A program made the position numbers and the translations under genes. 42,602 bases of DNA from a virus (Duplodnaviria; Caudoviricetes). Positions 16,033 to 23,319 of this stretch are shown piece after piece; position 1 is the stretch's first letter, and each line of letters starts with the position of its first letter. The notes under the pieces are model-generated. The model was not told where the DNA came from. It saw only the letters and a program-made list of their open reading frames with translations, and did no database searches. The DNA lies in the IMG/VR virus record IMGVR_UViG_3300045771_000059, positions 1 through 42,602 of that record. One strand, given 5' to 3'.

Positions 16033-16038
16033 TATTTA
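16033..16038 (-). promoter_or_regulatory. Late promoter core TAAATA
   Basis: 21 bp upstream of ATG 16012. Confidence 0.65.
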
Positions 16039-16057
16039 GAATGATTGGTCCCGCAAC

Positions 16058-16087
16058 AAAAAAAGGAACCTTTGAAGGTTCCCTTTT
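16058..16087 (-). terminator. Rho-independent terminator
   Basis: GGAACCT-TCAA-AGGTTCC followed by T7 on the minus strand, downstream of 16112..16522. Confidence 0.85.
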
Positions 16088-16111
16088 CGTAGGCAGAAAG
16101 ACGGAAGACGG

Positions 16112-16522
16112 TCAGGTCAGCGTCGAGCCGATCAAAACGGTCAAGGCACTATCGGTGGCAAACCCATAGTTGATGCCATCGGTAACAATGCGATCAATCA
16201 ATTGCGGACCGCCAGGGACTGAGACGCCAATCGCTTGGGTACCCATCACCGCCGACCAGCCCAAGTGCTCGGTAGCCATGAACAGCACGAACGGACCCGC
16301 GCCAGTCACCGAACCCATGATCACGGGCTGGCCGCGCTCAGAGACGATTTCCAGCAGCTTGTTCAGAGCGCCTTGGGAAGTCACGCTCCCATTCGTTTGT
16401 GCCGCCGTGCGGATATCAACACCGGTCGTGATGGTGATGAACTCCATATGCGACGTAAGTTGCTCAAGACCTGTCGAAGAAACCCAGTTGGGGCGTAAAA
16501 CTCCGTAGGTGAAGTCAGCCAT
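16112..16522 (-). CDS. Putative abundant virion structural protein
   Basis: Monocistronic unit: late promoter, AAGGA RBS, own terminator. Confidence 0.7.
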   Translation of the reverse strand: MADFTYGVLRPNWVSSTGLEQLTSHMEFITITTGVDIRTAAQTNGSVTSQGALNKLLEIVSERGQPVIMGSVTGAGPFVLFMATEHLGWSAVMGTQAIGVSVPGGPQLIDRIVTDGINYGFATDSALTVLIGSTLT

Positions 16523-16556
16523 AGTAATTATCCTTTCGGAATAGATGTTATGGCTT

Positions 16557-16562
16557 TATTTA
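16557..16562 (-). promoter_or_regulatory. Late promoter core ATAAATA
   Basis: 35 bp upstream of ATG 16522. Confidence 0.7.
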
Positions 16563-16646
16563 TGTGAACGCGGCAAAAACCCGCGCCGTTCCACACTTCG
16601 GATTGAATGGCAGCAGTTAATCCGGCCTGACAGAGGCAGCGGATGC

Positions 16647-16694
16647 TAAATATCTCGCTTGACAAACCTATTTTTTATGGTATCTTGCGTCAAG
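16647..16694 (+). promoter_or_regulatory. Tandem late-type and sigma70-type promoters with inverted repeat
   Basis: TAAATA 16647-16652; TTGACA-N16(TGG)-TATCTT 16659-16686; CTTGAC/GTCAAG arms at 16658-16663 and 16689-16694. Confidence 0.65.
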
Positions 16695-16710
16695 ACGAAG
16701 GAACTCACCG

Positions 16711-16905
16711 ATGACAATCAGCAGTCGCCGCTACCAAGAGATCAAACAAGCCGCTCTCGCCAAGCGCGCGGCGCGTGGCGCAGGCCAGCCCCAAGCCACC
16801 ACCGTGGTCGAGACGGTTCAAAAGCCGGTGGCTTGCTTCGAGACCGCCGAAGCGATCATCGAGTATGCCATGAAAACCCATGGCGGAGCGCAAGCGGCAA
16901 AATAA
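16711..16905 (+). CDS. Putative antitoxin-like small protein
   Basis: 64 aa, AAGGA RBS, directly upstream of the RelE-like gene; CFETAEAIIEY resembles DinJ/RelB C-terminal helices. Confidence 0.5.
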   Translation: MTISSRRYQEIKQAALAKRAARGAGQPQATTVVETVQKPVACFETAEAIIEYAMKTHGGAQAAK

Positions 16906-16909
16906 TGCC

Positions 16910-17554
16910 ATGAGATTTTGGGAGATCGCCCGGCCGGGCCAAAAAATAAAAATCCAAGCCACCACGCGGTTCATGAAGGCCCTTCCGGCATTCGTCCGCG
17001 AATACGATACTCTGGCTGGCAAATTCCATGATTTTATCGAGTTCCGAAAAACCCACCCGGCGACCGAACCCTATGGGCCGAAGGACAACAACTTCAACAA
17101 TGCCGATCTGATCACCAAAATCAAACACGTCCACCTGATTCATGGCAAGGTGATCGTGTTCTATAAAGTGACAAATGATACAATGTCATTGTATGCCATT
17201 GTTAATCATAATGAATATGATCAGAAGAACGCGACCGCGCGACTGGTGAACTGGCTCAATAGTATGACGCAGGCGGATTTTGTCCGCTTCGATGACCAGC
17301 CAAAATCCTCCGCGCCCGTGATATCGGCTGGCCAAATTCAGGATATCAAAGACCTATTGTGGGAGATGGCGGCCGATCCAGACGCCAAGGATGATCTCGT
17401 GAAGGCCACCAAGGGTGATTTCAGTGGTATGATGGACTTCCTGACCAGCTTGCTGCCGGTCGAGGGCTCCGTTCTAATCGCCGCATTGGGCGGAGCGACT
17501 GCATTGCAGACGATGGTCACCCACATTTTGTCCAACATTGCGCCCGTAGGATGA
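16910..17554 (+). CDS. YafQ/RelE-superfamily mRNA interferase-like domain with C-terminal extension
   Basis: IQATTRFMKAL, KDxxF, KHVHL, VIVFYK, LYAIVNH follow the YafQ pattern; ATG 4 nt after the upstream stop. Confidence 0.65.
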   Translation: MRFWEIARPGQKIKIQATTRFMKALPAFVREYDTLAGKFHDFIEFRKTHPATEPYGPKDNNFNNADLITKIKHVHLIHGKVIVFYKVTNDTMSLYAIVNHNEYDQKNATARLVNWLNSMTQADFVRFDDQPKSSAPVISAGQIQDIKDLLWEMAADPDAKDDLVKATKGDFSGMMDFLTSLLPVEGSVLIAALGGATALQTMVTHILSNIAPVG

Positions 17555-17561
17555 TCGGAGA

Positions 17562-18245
17562 TCAGCGACGCAGCACCACGGGTTTGTCCTTCGCAGGCTT
17601 CTTGCCCTGATAAATCCCTCGATCGCCAGCGGAATCGAAGCCTGCCCCCAGCCCGCCCACCGAGGTCGCTACATTGGCTGCCCCGGTTGCGCCACCTGAC
17701 GCTGCTTCTGTGACATCGGTGCGGGTTTCAAGCTCCCGCAGATGCGTCAGCAATTCACTCTGTGGTGCATACTTCTTGATCTGCACGATCAACTTCAAAA
17801 TAATATCATGGCGTTCCCGGATGGAATTCTCCGTCCAGTGCATCACCAATCGGCGGATCGCCTTCAACGATGAATCAGTCACATGCAGCATGGCATCCAG
17901 ACGATTGAATAGACGCTGAGTCCGATCCTGGCTATGCGAATGGCGCAGCCAGTCGCGGATCACGGCAGGCGAAATCGCAAGCTCGCCGCGATCGTTCAAC
18001 GCATGCAGCAAGACGTAGAGATCGTTGCCGTCCGATCGCCATTGATCAAAATTGTTTGGCTGCCCAACCTTTTCACAGTAGGCGGCGGCCCATTTATGGG
18101 TATCGTCCTCGCAGACCAGCGCTTCAAGCACGAGGAAATACAAATACGCCGTGTGGGCCAGTTTCATCCGATCCCATTTTTCCAGGGTCTGGCGAGACGG
18201 AAACAACCGGCTTTCAGTCAAATCGGTGAGCAGCAGATAGGCCAT
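17562..18245 (-). CDS. Putative head-associated protein
   Basis: LTDLTESRL near the N-terminus; C-terminal VTEAASGGATGAANVATSV. Confidence 0.75.
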   Translation of the reverse strand: MAYLLLTDLTESRLFPSRQTLEKWDRMKLAHTAYLYFLVLEALVCEDDTHKWAAAYCEKVGQPNNFDQWRSDGNDLYVLLHALNDRGELAISPAVIRDWLRHSHSQDRTQRLFNRLDAMLHVTDSSLKAIRRLVMHWTENSIRERHDIILKLIVQIKKYAPQSELLTHLRELETRTDVTEAASGGATGAANVATSVGGLGAGFDSAGDRGIYQGKKPAKDKPVVLRR

Positions 18246-19381
18246 TACATCGCCCCCAACAGGACATTGAGGGTCTTCCCGGAAATCGCGGGCACCGCTT
18301 TAAGCCATTGGCTGAGCGTCATCCCGCGCCGGAAGCTGTGTTGCAAGGCGGTGATCTCGGCCGGAGGCACCCGGTATTGCGTCAACGCCGTTTCAATCGC
18401 CTGACCGTTCACCTGACTACCGAGAAGCTGACGGAATGAGGTGCCGGTTTTTGATTGCGTTTGTTGCTGTTGGGCCTGTTGAGATGATCCTTGCGGTGCA
18501 GAGTTCTGCGGCCCGACGCCTGAGGTGTCCAGATCGCCCAACTTCTGCTGCTTCATCATGCTCATCGCCATCTGCACGAAGAATTTCTTCAATTGGCTGG
18601 TTGACAGTAAGGCCGCCTCCGACAAGCGCACCCGACCTTCTCCAAGCGATGCCAGTTGCGGTATCTTCTGCATCATCGCCGGGTTGGCTTTAAGACTTTG
18701 GATCAAGCTGCGAATGGACTGCATATCGGCGGGGGTCTTCGCCTGGGTCGATGCCTTGGCGATCGTTTGCAGCACTTGATTCGGGTCGAGATTGGAACTC
18801 TTCAACATCTGCGGCAATTGCGCCATAATCGAACGAGTATCGCCACTAGGGGCGGCCGATGTTGCCTGGGGAGGCTGCACCGGAGTGACCGGCTGTACGG
18901 GGGTCGCGGTATTGCCCATCGCGAGCGGCGGATACCGATCCCCGGTGTTGACCGGCGAACTGGTCTGCATCTTATTAATCTGCGCCGATTTATCCTGCTG
19001 GTTCTGCGTCGCGGTATTGGCTGTGCTATCGCCCATCGCGAGCGGCGGATACCGATCCCCGGTGTTGACCGGCGAACTGGTCTGCATCTTATTAATCTGC
19101 GCCGATTTATCCTGCTGGTTCTGCGTCGCGTCATCAACCTCCGGGCCGGTCGGCTGGGTAGCGCCTAACTGTTGCAGGTCTGTCGCCATTGACGAGGCCA
19201 TGTTGCTGTATTGGTGCTGGATGAAATTCGCCACCTCATCGGCGGTGGCGGACACCCGCATCGAGCCTTTCCAAGCCAACCAGTTCTTGTAGAGCGCCGA
19301 GGCGACCCGGTTGGTGTTCTTATAGCCAGCGGCTTCGGGACCGAACCACGGACGTTCCAACAATAATTCAAACATTTGCAT
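18245..19381 (-). CDS. Putative internal head protein, Gln/Pro/Thr-rich
   Basis: Start MQMFELLLE at 19381, just after the upstream stop; internal duplication. Confidence 0.75.
   Translation of the reverse strand: MQMFELLLERPWFGPEAAGYKNTNRVASALYKNWLAWKGSMRVSATADEVANFIQHQYSNMASSMATDLQQLGATQPTGPEVDDATQNQQDKSAQINKMQTSSPVNTGDRYPPLAMGDSTANTATQNQQDKSAQINKMQTSSPVNTGDRYPPLAMGNTATPVQPVTPVQPPQATSAAPSGDTRSIMAQLPQMLKSSNLDPNQVLQTIAKASTQAKTPADMQSIRSLIQSLKANPAMMQKIPQLASLGEGRVRLSEAALLSTSQLKKFFVQMAMSMMKQQKLGDLDTSGVGPQNSAPQGSSQQAQQQQTQSKTGTSFRQLLGSQVNGQAIETALTQYRVPPAEITALQHSFRRGMTLSQWLKAVPAISGKTLNVLLGAM
18914..19130. repeat. Perfect 100-bp direct repeat, period 117 bp (in frame)
   Basis: 18914-19013 identical to 19031-19130; encodes ATQNQQDKSAQINKMQTSSPVNTGDRYPPLAMG twice. 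Confidence 0.95.
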
Positions 19382-19382
19382 G

Positions 19383-19640
19383 TTACGGTCGGCCTTTCTG
19401 TTCGCGGATCGCCCGCACTCGCCGAACGAACTTCTCCTGGTCTTCGTACGCGATGGCACGGATCAAGCGCTTGGTCAGGTCGTCAGCCACCGGGGGTTCG
19501 AAACTTTCACGAATCAACCGGATCAAATTGAGCGCCGAAGCGATGACCTGTTGGCCCCGCGATTCGATGAACAACTCTTTGTTCCGCAGGGGGGCATAAT
19601 CGAGCATTTCATCGACGATGCCCAAGAACTTCTTATCCAA
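19383..19640 (-). CDS. Conserved phage hypothetical protein
   Basis: 85 aa; IESRGQQVIASALNLI...KRLIRAI...KF; AAGGAG RBS. Confidence 0.75.
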   Translation of the reverse strand: MDKKFLGIVDEMLDYAPLRNKELFIESRGQQVIASALNLIRLIRESFEPPVADDLTKRLIRAIAYEDQEKFVRRVRAIREQKGRP

Positions 19641-19890
19641 CCGCGTCTCCTTTATGACGGCCCAAAGTCTGCTCGATCATATCGGCAGCCCGTTGCATGC
19701 CCAGTTCGATGCCATACATCTCGGCATCACTGCCCTCGCCCATAAAAGCGCGCAGCTTGAAGACCACGGCCGACAAATCCTCAAGTAATGTTGCCGATGT
19801 CTGGACGATTGCTGGTTCGTCCACGGCGGCCTCGCAGGCCTGTCGCTCCGCCTCGATTAACCGTTCAGCCATCATGATGAAATCTCGCAT
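19633..19890 (-). CDS. Small late protein
   Basis: MRDFIMMAERLIEAE; late promoter upstream. Confidence 0.7.
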   Translation of the reverse strand: MRDFIMMAERLIEAERQACEAAVDEPAIVQTSATLLEDLSAVVFKLRAFMGEGSDAEMYGIELGMQRAADMIEQTLGRHKGDAVG

Positions 19891-19917
19891 TACCCGTTTG
19901 ACTCGTCGTTGGTGACC

Positions 19918-19923
19918 TATTTA
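19918..19923 (-). promoter_or_regulatory. Late promoter core TAAATA
   Basis: 28 bp upstream of ATG 19890. Confidence 0.65.
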
Positions 19924-19934
19924 GGCAGGTTTCG

Positions 19935-21386
19935 CTACTCCAGAGTTGCGTTGCTGGTACGCGACCGATTCATCAGGTCGAACACTTTTTGACTCCATCC
20001 AGTTGAGGGAGCATCTGTCGTCGCTTCGGCCGGAGTGGGTTGCGGTTGGTTTCCAGACTGCGCCATGATCGTTTCATTTTGCGCCTGATGGGCCATCTCG
20101 GCAACCAATTCTTCCCGTGTCTTTGGGTGATCCGCGCCGGGCTTATTGCTGTAGTCACCAATGCGCATCGTATTGGCATTGTACCCAAGCGTAATCTTGT
20201 AACCCACGGCCGCCGAATTGCGCGTCTTTAGGAACGTCATGATCATTTCGCCCCGTTCCTTTAGATGCGATGGTGCGAACAGACTCATCACATTATCCGA
20301 GGTATTGATCTTGGAAATCCCGCCCGCCACGTGCGACTGATCGAACTCTCCCTGAACCGCTATCGATCCGCGATTGAGTTGTCCGGCCGACGCCCCGTAG
20401 GCATTCATCTCGTGCATGAAGGCCCGCAGTTCTTCCGACACGTATTTGTCTTTGATATGCAGATCAGAGACATTGATCTTGCCATCGTTGGGATACATCA
20501 GATCAAGATAATCCACCAAAATACCATCCGGCCGATGGCCGTGAATGATTTCGTACTCAGTGATATAGGCCCGCAGATGATTGGTGGTGGTACCCGCCTC
20601 TGGTAGCTTCTTGATCGTCAGCCGCCCCGCCCGTTTGCCGCGCATGCCGATGATCAAGGCGGCATCATCGATCGCACGAAAGACCTCCTTGGTTCCCCGC
20701 TCGGTCAGCATGGCATCGACGCGTAACGCGATCATGTCCTCGGACAGTTCCAGGGACAGATAGACCACATCATGGCCCGCCAAGACCCAGTTCAATGCCA
20801 GATTGAGCAGCATCAAACTCTTGCCGACCCCGCTATTGGCCAAGATCAGATTCAATTCGCCTCGGGTGAAGCCGCCATATAACTTGTCATCCAGCGCCTT
20901 GATCCCAGTACTGACGATGGCTGAATGATCCAGCATGCGCCGCAGCCGGGCCGCCGGGTCCTCGAAATAGGCGGTGCCCAGGTCCGACATGAGGCGAATG
21001 GTCATCGCCTCCTTCATCCGCCGCTCGATCTCGCCCGATTGGCCTTTGCGTTGCAGATCGATGCCATCGAGAATCACATTCTCCAAGGCACGATAACGGC
21101 AAAATCCCTCGAACTCGCTCAAAAACCAGTCGCGATTGCGCCGCCCTTCGGCTTCGTCGATGAGCGTGACAATGTGGCCGGTCTTCGCCTGAATCAACCC
21201 AGCCGAAGGGGCGCTGCGCTGCTCATCGGCGTAGAGCAAGATGAACCGGATCAGCGGCTGCAACTCATCATCGAAATAGGTCTCTTTGACGATGGTGCGG
21301 CAGCGGGCTAGCTTATCCGGATCAGAAATCAGATTTGCGATGTAATGCATCTGCAAATCGCCGTTGTAATCTGGCGCTTCTTTCAA
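19935..21386 (-). CDS. Replicative DnaB/T4 gp41-like helicase
   Basis: STGIKALD, Walker A ANSGVGKS, YLSLEL, Walker B ILVDYLD, QLNR, KTRN. Confidence 0.95.
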   Translation of the reverse strand: MKEAPDYNGDLQMHYIANLISDPDKLARCRTIVKETYFDDELQPLIRFILLYADEQRSAPSAGLIQAKTGHIVTLIDEAEGRRNRDWFLSEFEGFCRYRALENVILDGIDLQRKGQSGEIERRMKEAMTIRLMSDLGTAYFEDPAARLRRMLDHSAIVSTGIKALDDKLYGGFTRGELNLILANSGVGKSLMLLNLALNWVLAGHDVVYLSLELSEDMIALRVDAMLTERGTKEVFRAIDDAALIIGMRGKRAGRLTIKKLPEAGTTTNHLRAYITEYEIIHGHRPDGILVDYLDLMYPNDGKINVSDLHIKDKYVSEELRAFMHEMNAYGASAGQLNRGSIAVQGEFDQSHVAGGISKINTSDNVMSLFAPSHLKERGEMIMTFLKTRNSAAVGYKITLGYNANTMRIGDYSNKPGADHPKTREELVAEMAHQAQNETIMAQSGNQPQPTPAEATTDAPSTGWSQKVFDLMNRSRTSNATLE

Positions 21387-22433
21387 TTAATTTCCCATCA
21401 AAAATTCTGAGCGCTGCCGGATAATTCCGGGATGCGAACTAGCAGTTTCAATAACAGAACGAAAAGTATACAAGCGGCCATAGCGCGCCACCGCGTCAGC
21501 GGCATCCTTGATATCAGCCTGCCACCAATGCCGTCCACCATAATGCGGCGCCGCCACTGCCCAGCCATTGGCCACTGCAATCTCGATCAGCCGCAGTCCG
21601 GCGCGATCGCGGTCCGGCACCATAATGGGTTGCTTATCGGAACTTTTGATCCAGGCGAGTTGATAGTCATTGAGCGTGCCGCCCAATGCCGCAACCCCAT
21701 CCAGGGCGATCGCATCAAACACCCCCTCGACAATAAACAGGTAGTGGCGATGGCTCGCCGACAACGCATCCGCATTAAACAGGAAGTTGTCCGGAACGTG
21801 TTTCAGATAGCGTGGCCGACTATCGTCGATGCAGCGGGCAATCCAGCCAACCAACCGCCGATTATAATGGCAAGGCACGATCAAGCGACGGTTCATCTCG
21901 TCTTGCGGAGTCCAGTAATAAACCCCGGTGGCGGCAACCTCGTCCCCACGGCCCAGCAAATAATGCAAGACCGCCATGTAATCTGCGTCCTCACAGCGAT
22001 CAGCCGCCCATTCATCGAGCGTCCGGGCACCGGGTGGCATCTGCGCCCCGCTGAATTCCGGCGCCATCGCTATGTTGTATTGCTGGGCCAAAATCGGCTG
22101 ACTGCCGATCAAGCGCCGAATCCGCTCGGCATGCAAAGCGATCTCTTTGACCTCACGCTCGCCGAACCCCAAACCCAGCATGAACTGCTGGATCAGCACC
22201 GGCATACTGCGTCCCAGCGTATAGGACGCGGCGGCATGACAATTGAAACAATTAAAAATGACGCTATTTGCTTGGATGTTAACGCCGAGACGCCGCTTCC
22301 GATCGGCACGCAATTCCCCGCGTGCTTGACAGAGCGGACAGTTGATGTTGATATAACCGCGCCGGGTCCGCGTCTTCCCGCCTAAGCGTCGGGCGAGCGG
22401 CAGGGACAGGAAATCGATGGTGAGAGCGACCAT
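21387..22433 (-). CDS. DNA primase (T4 gp61-like)
   Basis: Zn-binding CPLC...CFNC; RLIVP; TOPRIM VEGVFDA and PDRD; KDAADA; adjacent to the helicase. Confidence 0.9.
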   Translation of the reverse strand: MVALTIDFLSLPLARRLGGKTRTRRGYININCPLCQARGELRADRKRRLGVNIQANSVIFNCFNCHAAASYTLGRSMPVLIQQFMLGLGFGEREVKEIALHAERIRRLIGSQPILAQQYNIAMAPEFSGAQMPPGARTLDEWAADRCEDADYMAVLHYLLGRGDEVAATGVYYWTPQDEMNRRLIVPCHYNRRLVGWIARCIDDSRPRYLKHVPDNFLFNADALSASHRHYLFIVEGVFDAIALDGVAALGGTLNDYQLAWIKSSDKQPIMVPDRDRAGLRLIEIAVANGWAVAAPHYGGRHWWQADIKDAADAVARYGRLYTFRSVIETASSHPGIIRQRSEFLMGN

Positions 22434-22484
22434 GTGCCCAATTCTACAATGAAATGATAGCAGCAAGTCATTTATCCAAACCAG

Positions 22485-23261
22485 CTAAAATTGGTCGGCT
22501 GTATCGGCCAGGGACCCGGTTTCACTCACAACACCCCCGAACAGATTTCCCCCAACGCCTGGGACCAGGACCTGCTGGATCGCGCCAGACAGCGTCATAA
22601 TGGTGATCCGCAGCCAGAGATAACTGCCCTGGACGCTGAGTAAGGTAATGCCACTCGACGCGACCAATGGCTGGGTCACAATATCGAACCAATCCGTCAT
22701 TTGCGGTTGGTTTTGTAGGGTACCTTGAATGGTGACGATCCCGGTAAATGCAACCGCATAGACCGCGAAACTTTGCATGCCGTTCTGATAGCCGAGTTGG
22801 GCCGGGCCGATGATCTGCCCACTATAGGCAATCCCGGTATTGATGAGAAAGCCCGCCGGGGTGATCACGGTTAATGGCTGCGGACCGGGCATCGGCCCCT
22901 CGGTCACCTCCAATGTGGAATATGGCCCGTAATTGCGGTCTGTCCAGAGCATCACTGTCGAGCCGTCGCCCCGCACCACCGTCAGGCTCCACCGTAATGG
23001 CCCAGTCGCCCAATCGACCGTCTCGTAAGCCAAAATGGTCAGTTGGAAAATCGCCGTGGGGGCGGTATAGGGCGTCAGTGAGCGCACCATGAGCACAGTC
23101 GAGGTCTGCGGATCAAGAATGGTGATATTAACGGTTTGAAACGTCGAAGTATCGGCTGGGTTTCGGTCAAGATTGCGAACACGAAACAGAATCTCATTCT
23201 GCACGCCACGCACTACGCGGAAGTCACTTCTGTCTGTGGAATAGTTTGAAAGGTATGACAC
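22485..23261 (-). CDS. Putative virion structural protein
   Basis: Beta-rich 258 aa (VRGVQNEILF, FTGIVTIQGTL, WFDI, YLWLRI); late promoter upstream. Confidence 0.7.
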   Translation of the reverse strand: MSYLSNYSTDRSDFRVVRGVQNEILFRVRNLDRNPADTSTFQTVNITILDPQTSTVLMVRSLTPYTAPTAIFQLTILAYETVDWATGPLRWSLTVVRGDGSTVMLWTDRNYGPYSTLEVTEGPMPGPQPLTVITPAGFLINTGIAYSGQIIGPAQLGYQNGMQSFAVYAVAFTGIVTIQGTLQNQPQMTDWFDIVTQPLVASSGITLLSVQGSYLWLRITIMTLSGAIQQVLVPGVGGNLFGGVVSETGSLADTADQF

Positions 23262-23291
23262 CGTTCGACGTTCAATATGTTATTGAGACAA

Positions 23292-23297
23292 TATTTA
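23292..23297 (-). promoter_or_regulatory. Late promoter core TAAATA
   Basis: 31 bp upstream of GTG 23261. Confidence 0.6.
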
Positions 23298-23319
23298 CCA
23301 ATGTCGCCTCGATTCCCGT

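Noticed and set aside
16563-16644. tRNA or known ncRNA
   Set aside because: No cloverleaf, T-loop or CCA; no family recognised.
18914-19130. Diversity-generating retroelement TR/VR pair
   Set aside because: Copies are identical with no adenine-specific differences, and no reverse transcriptase is in the window.
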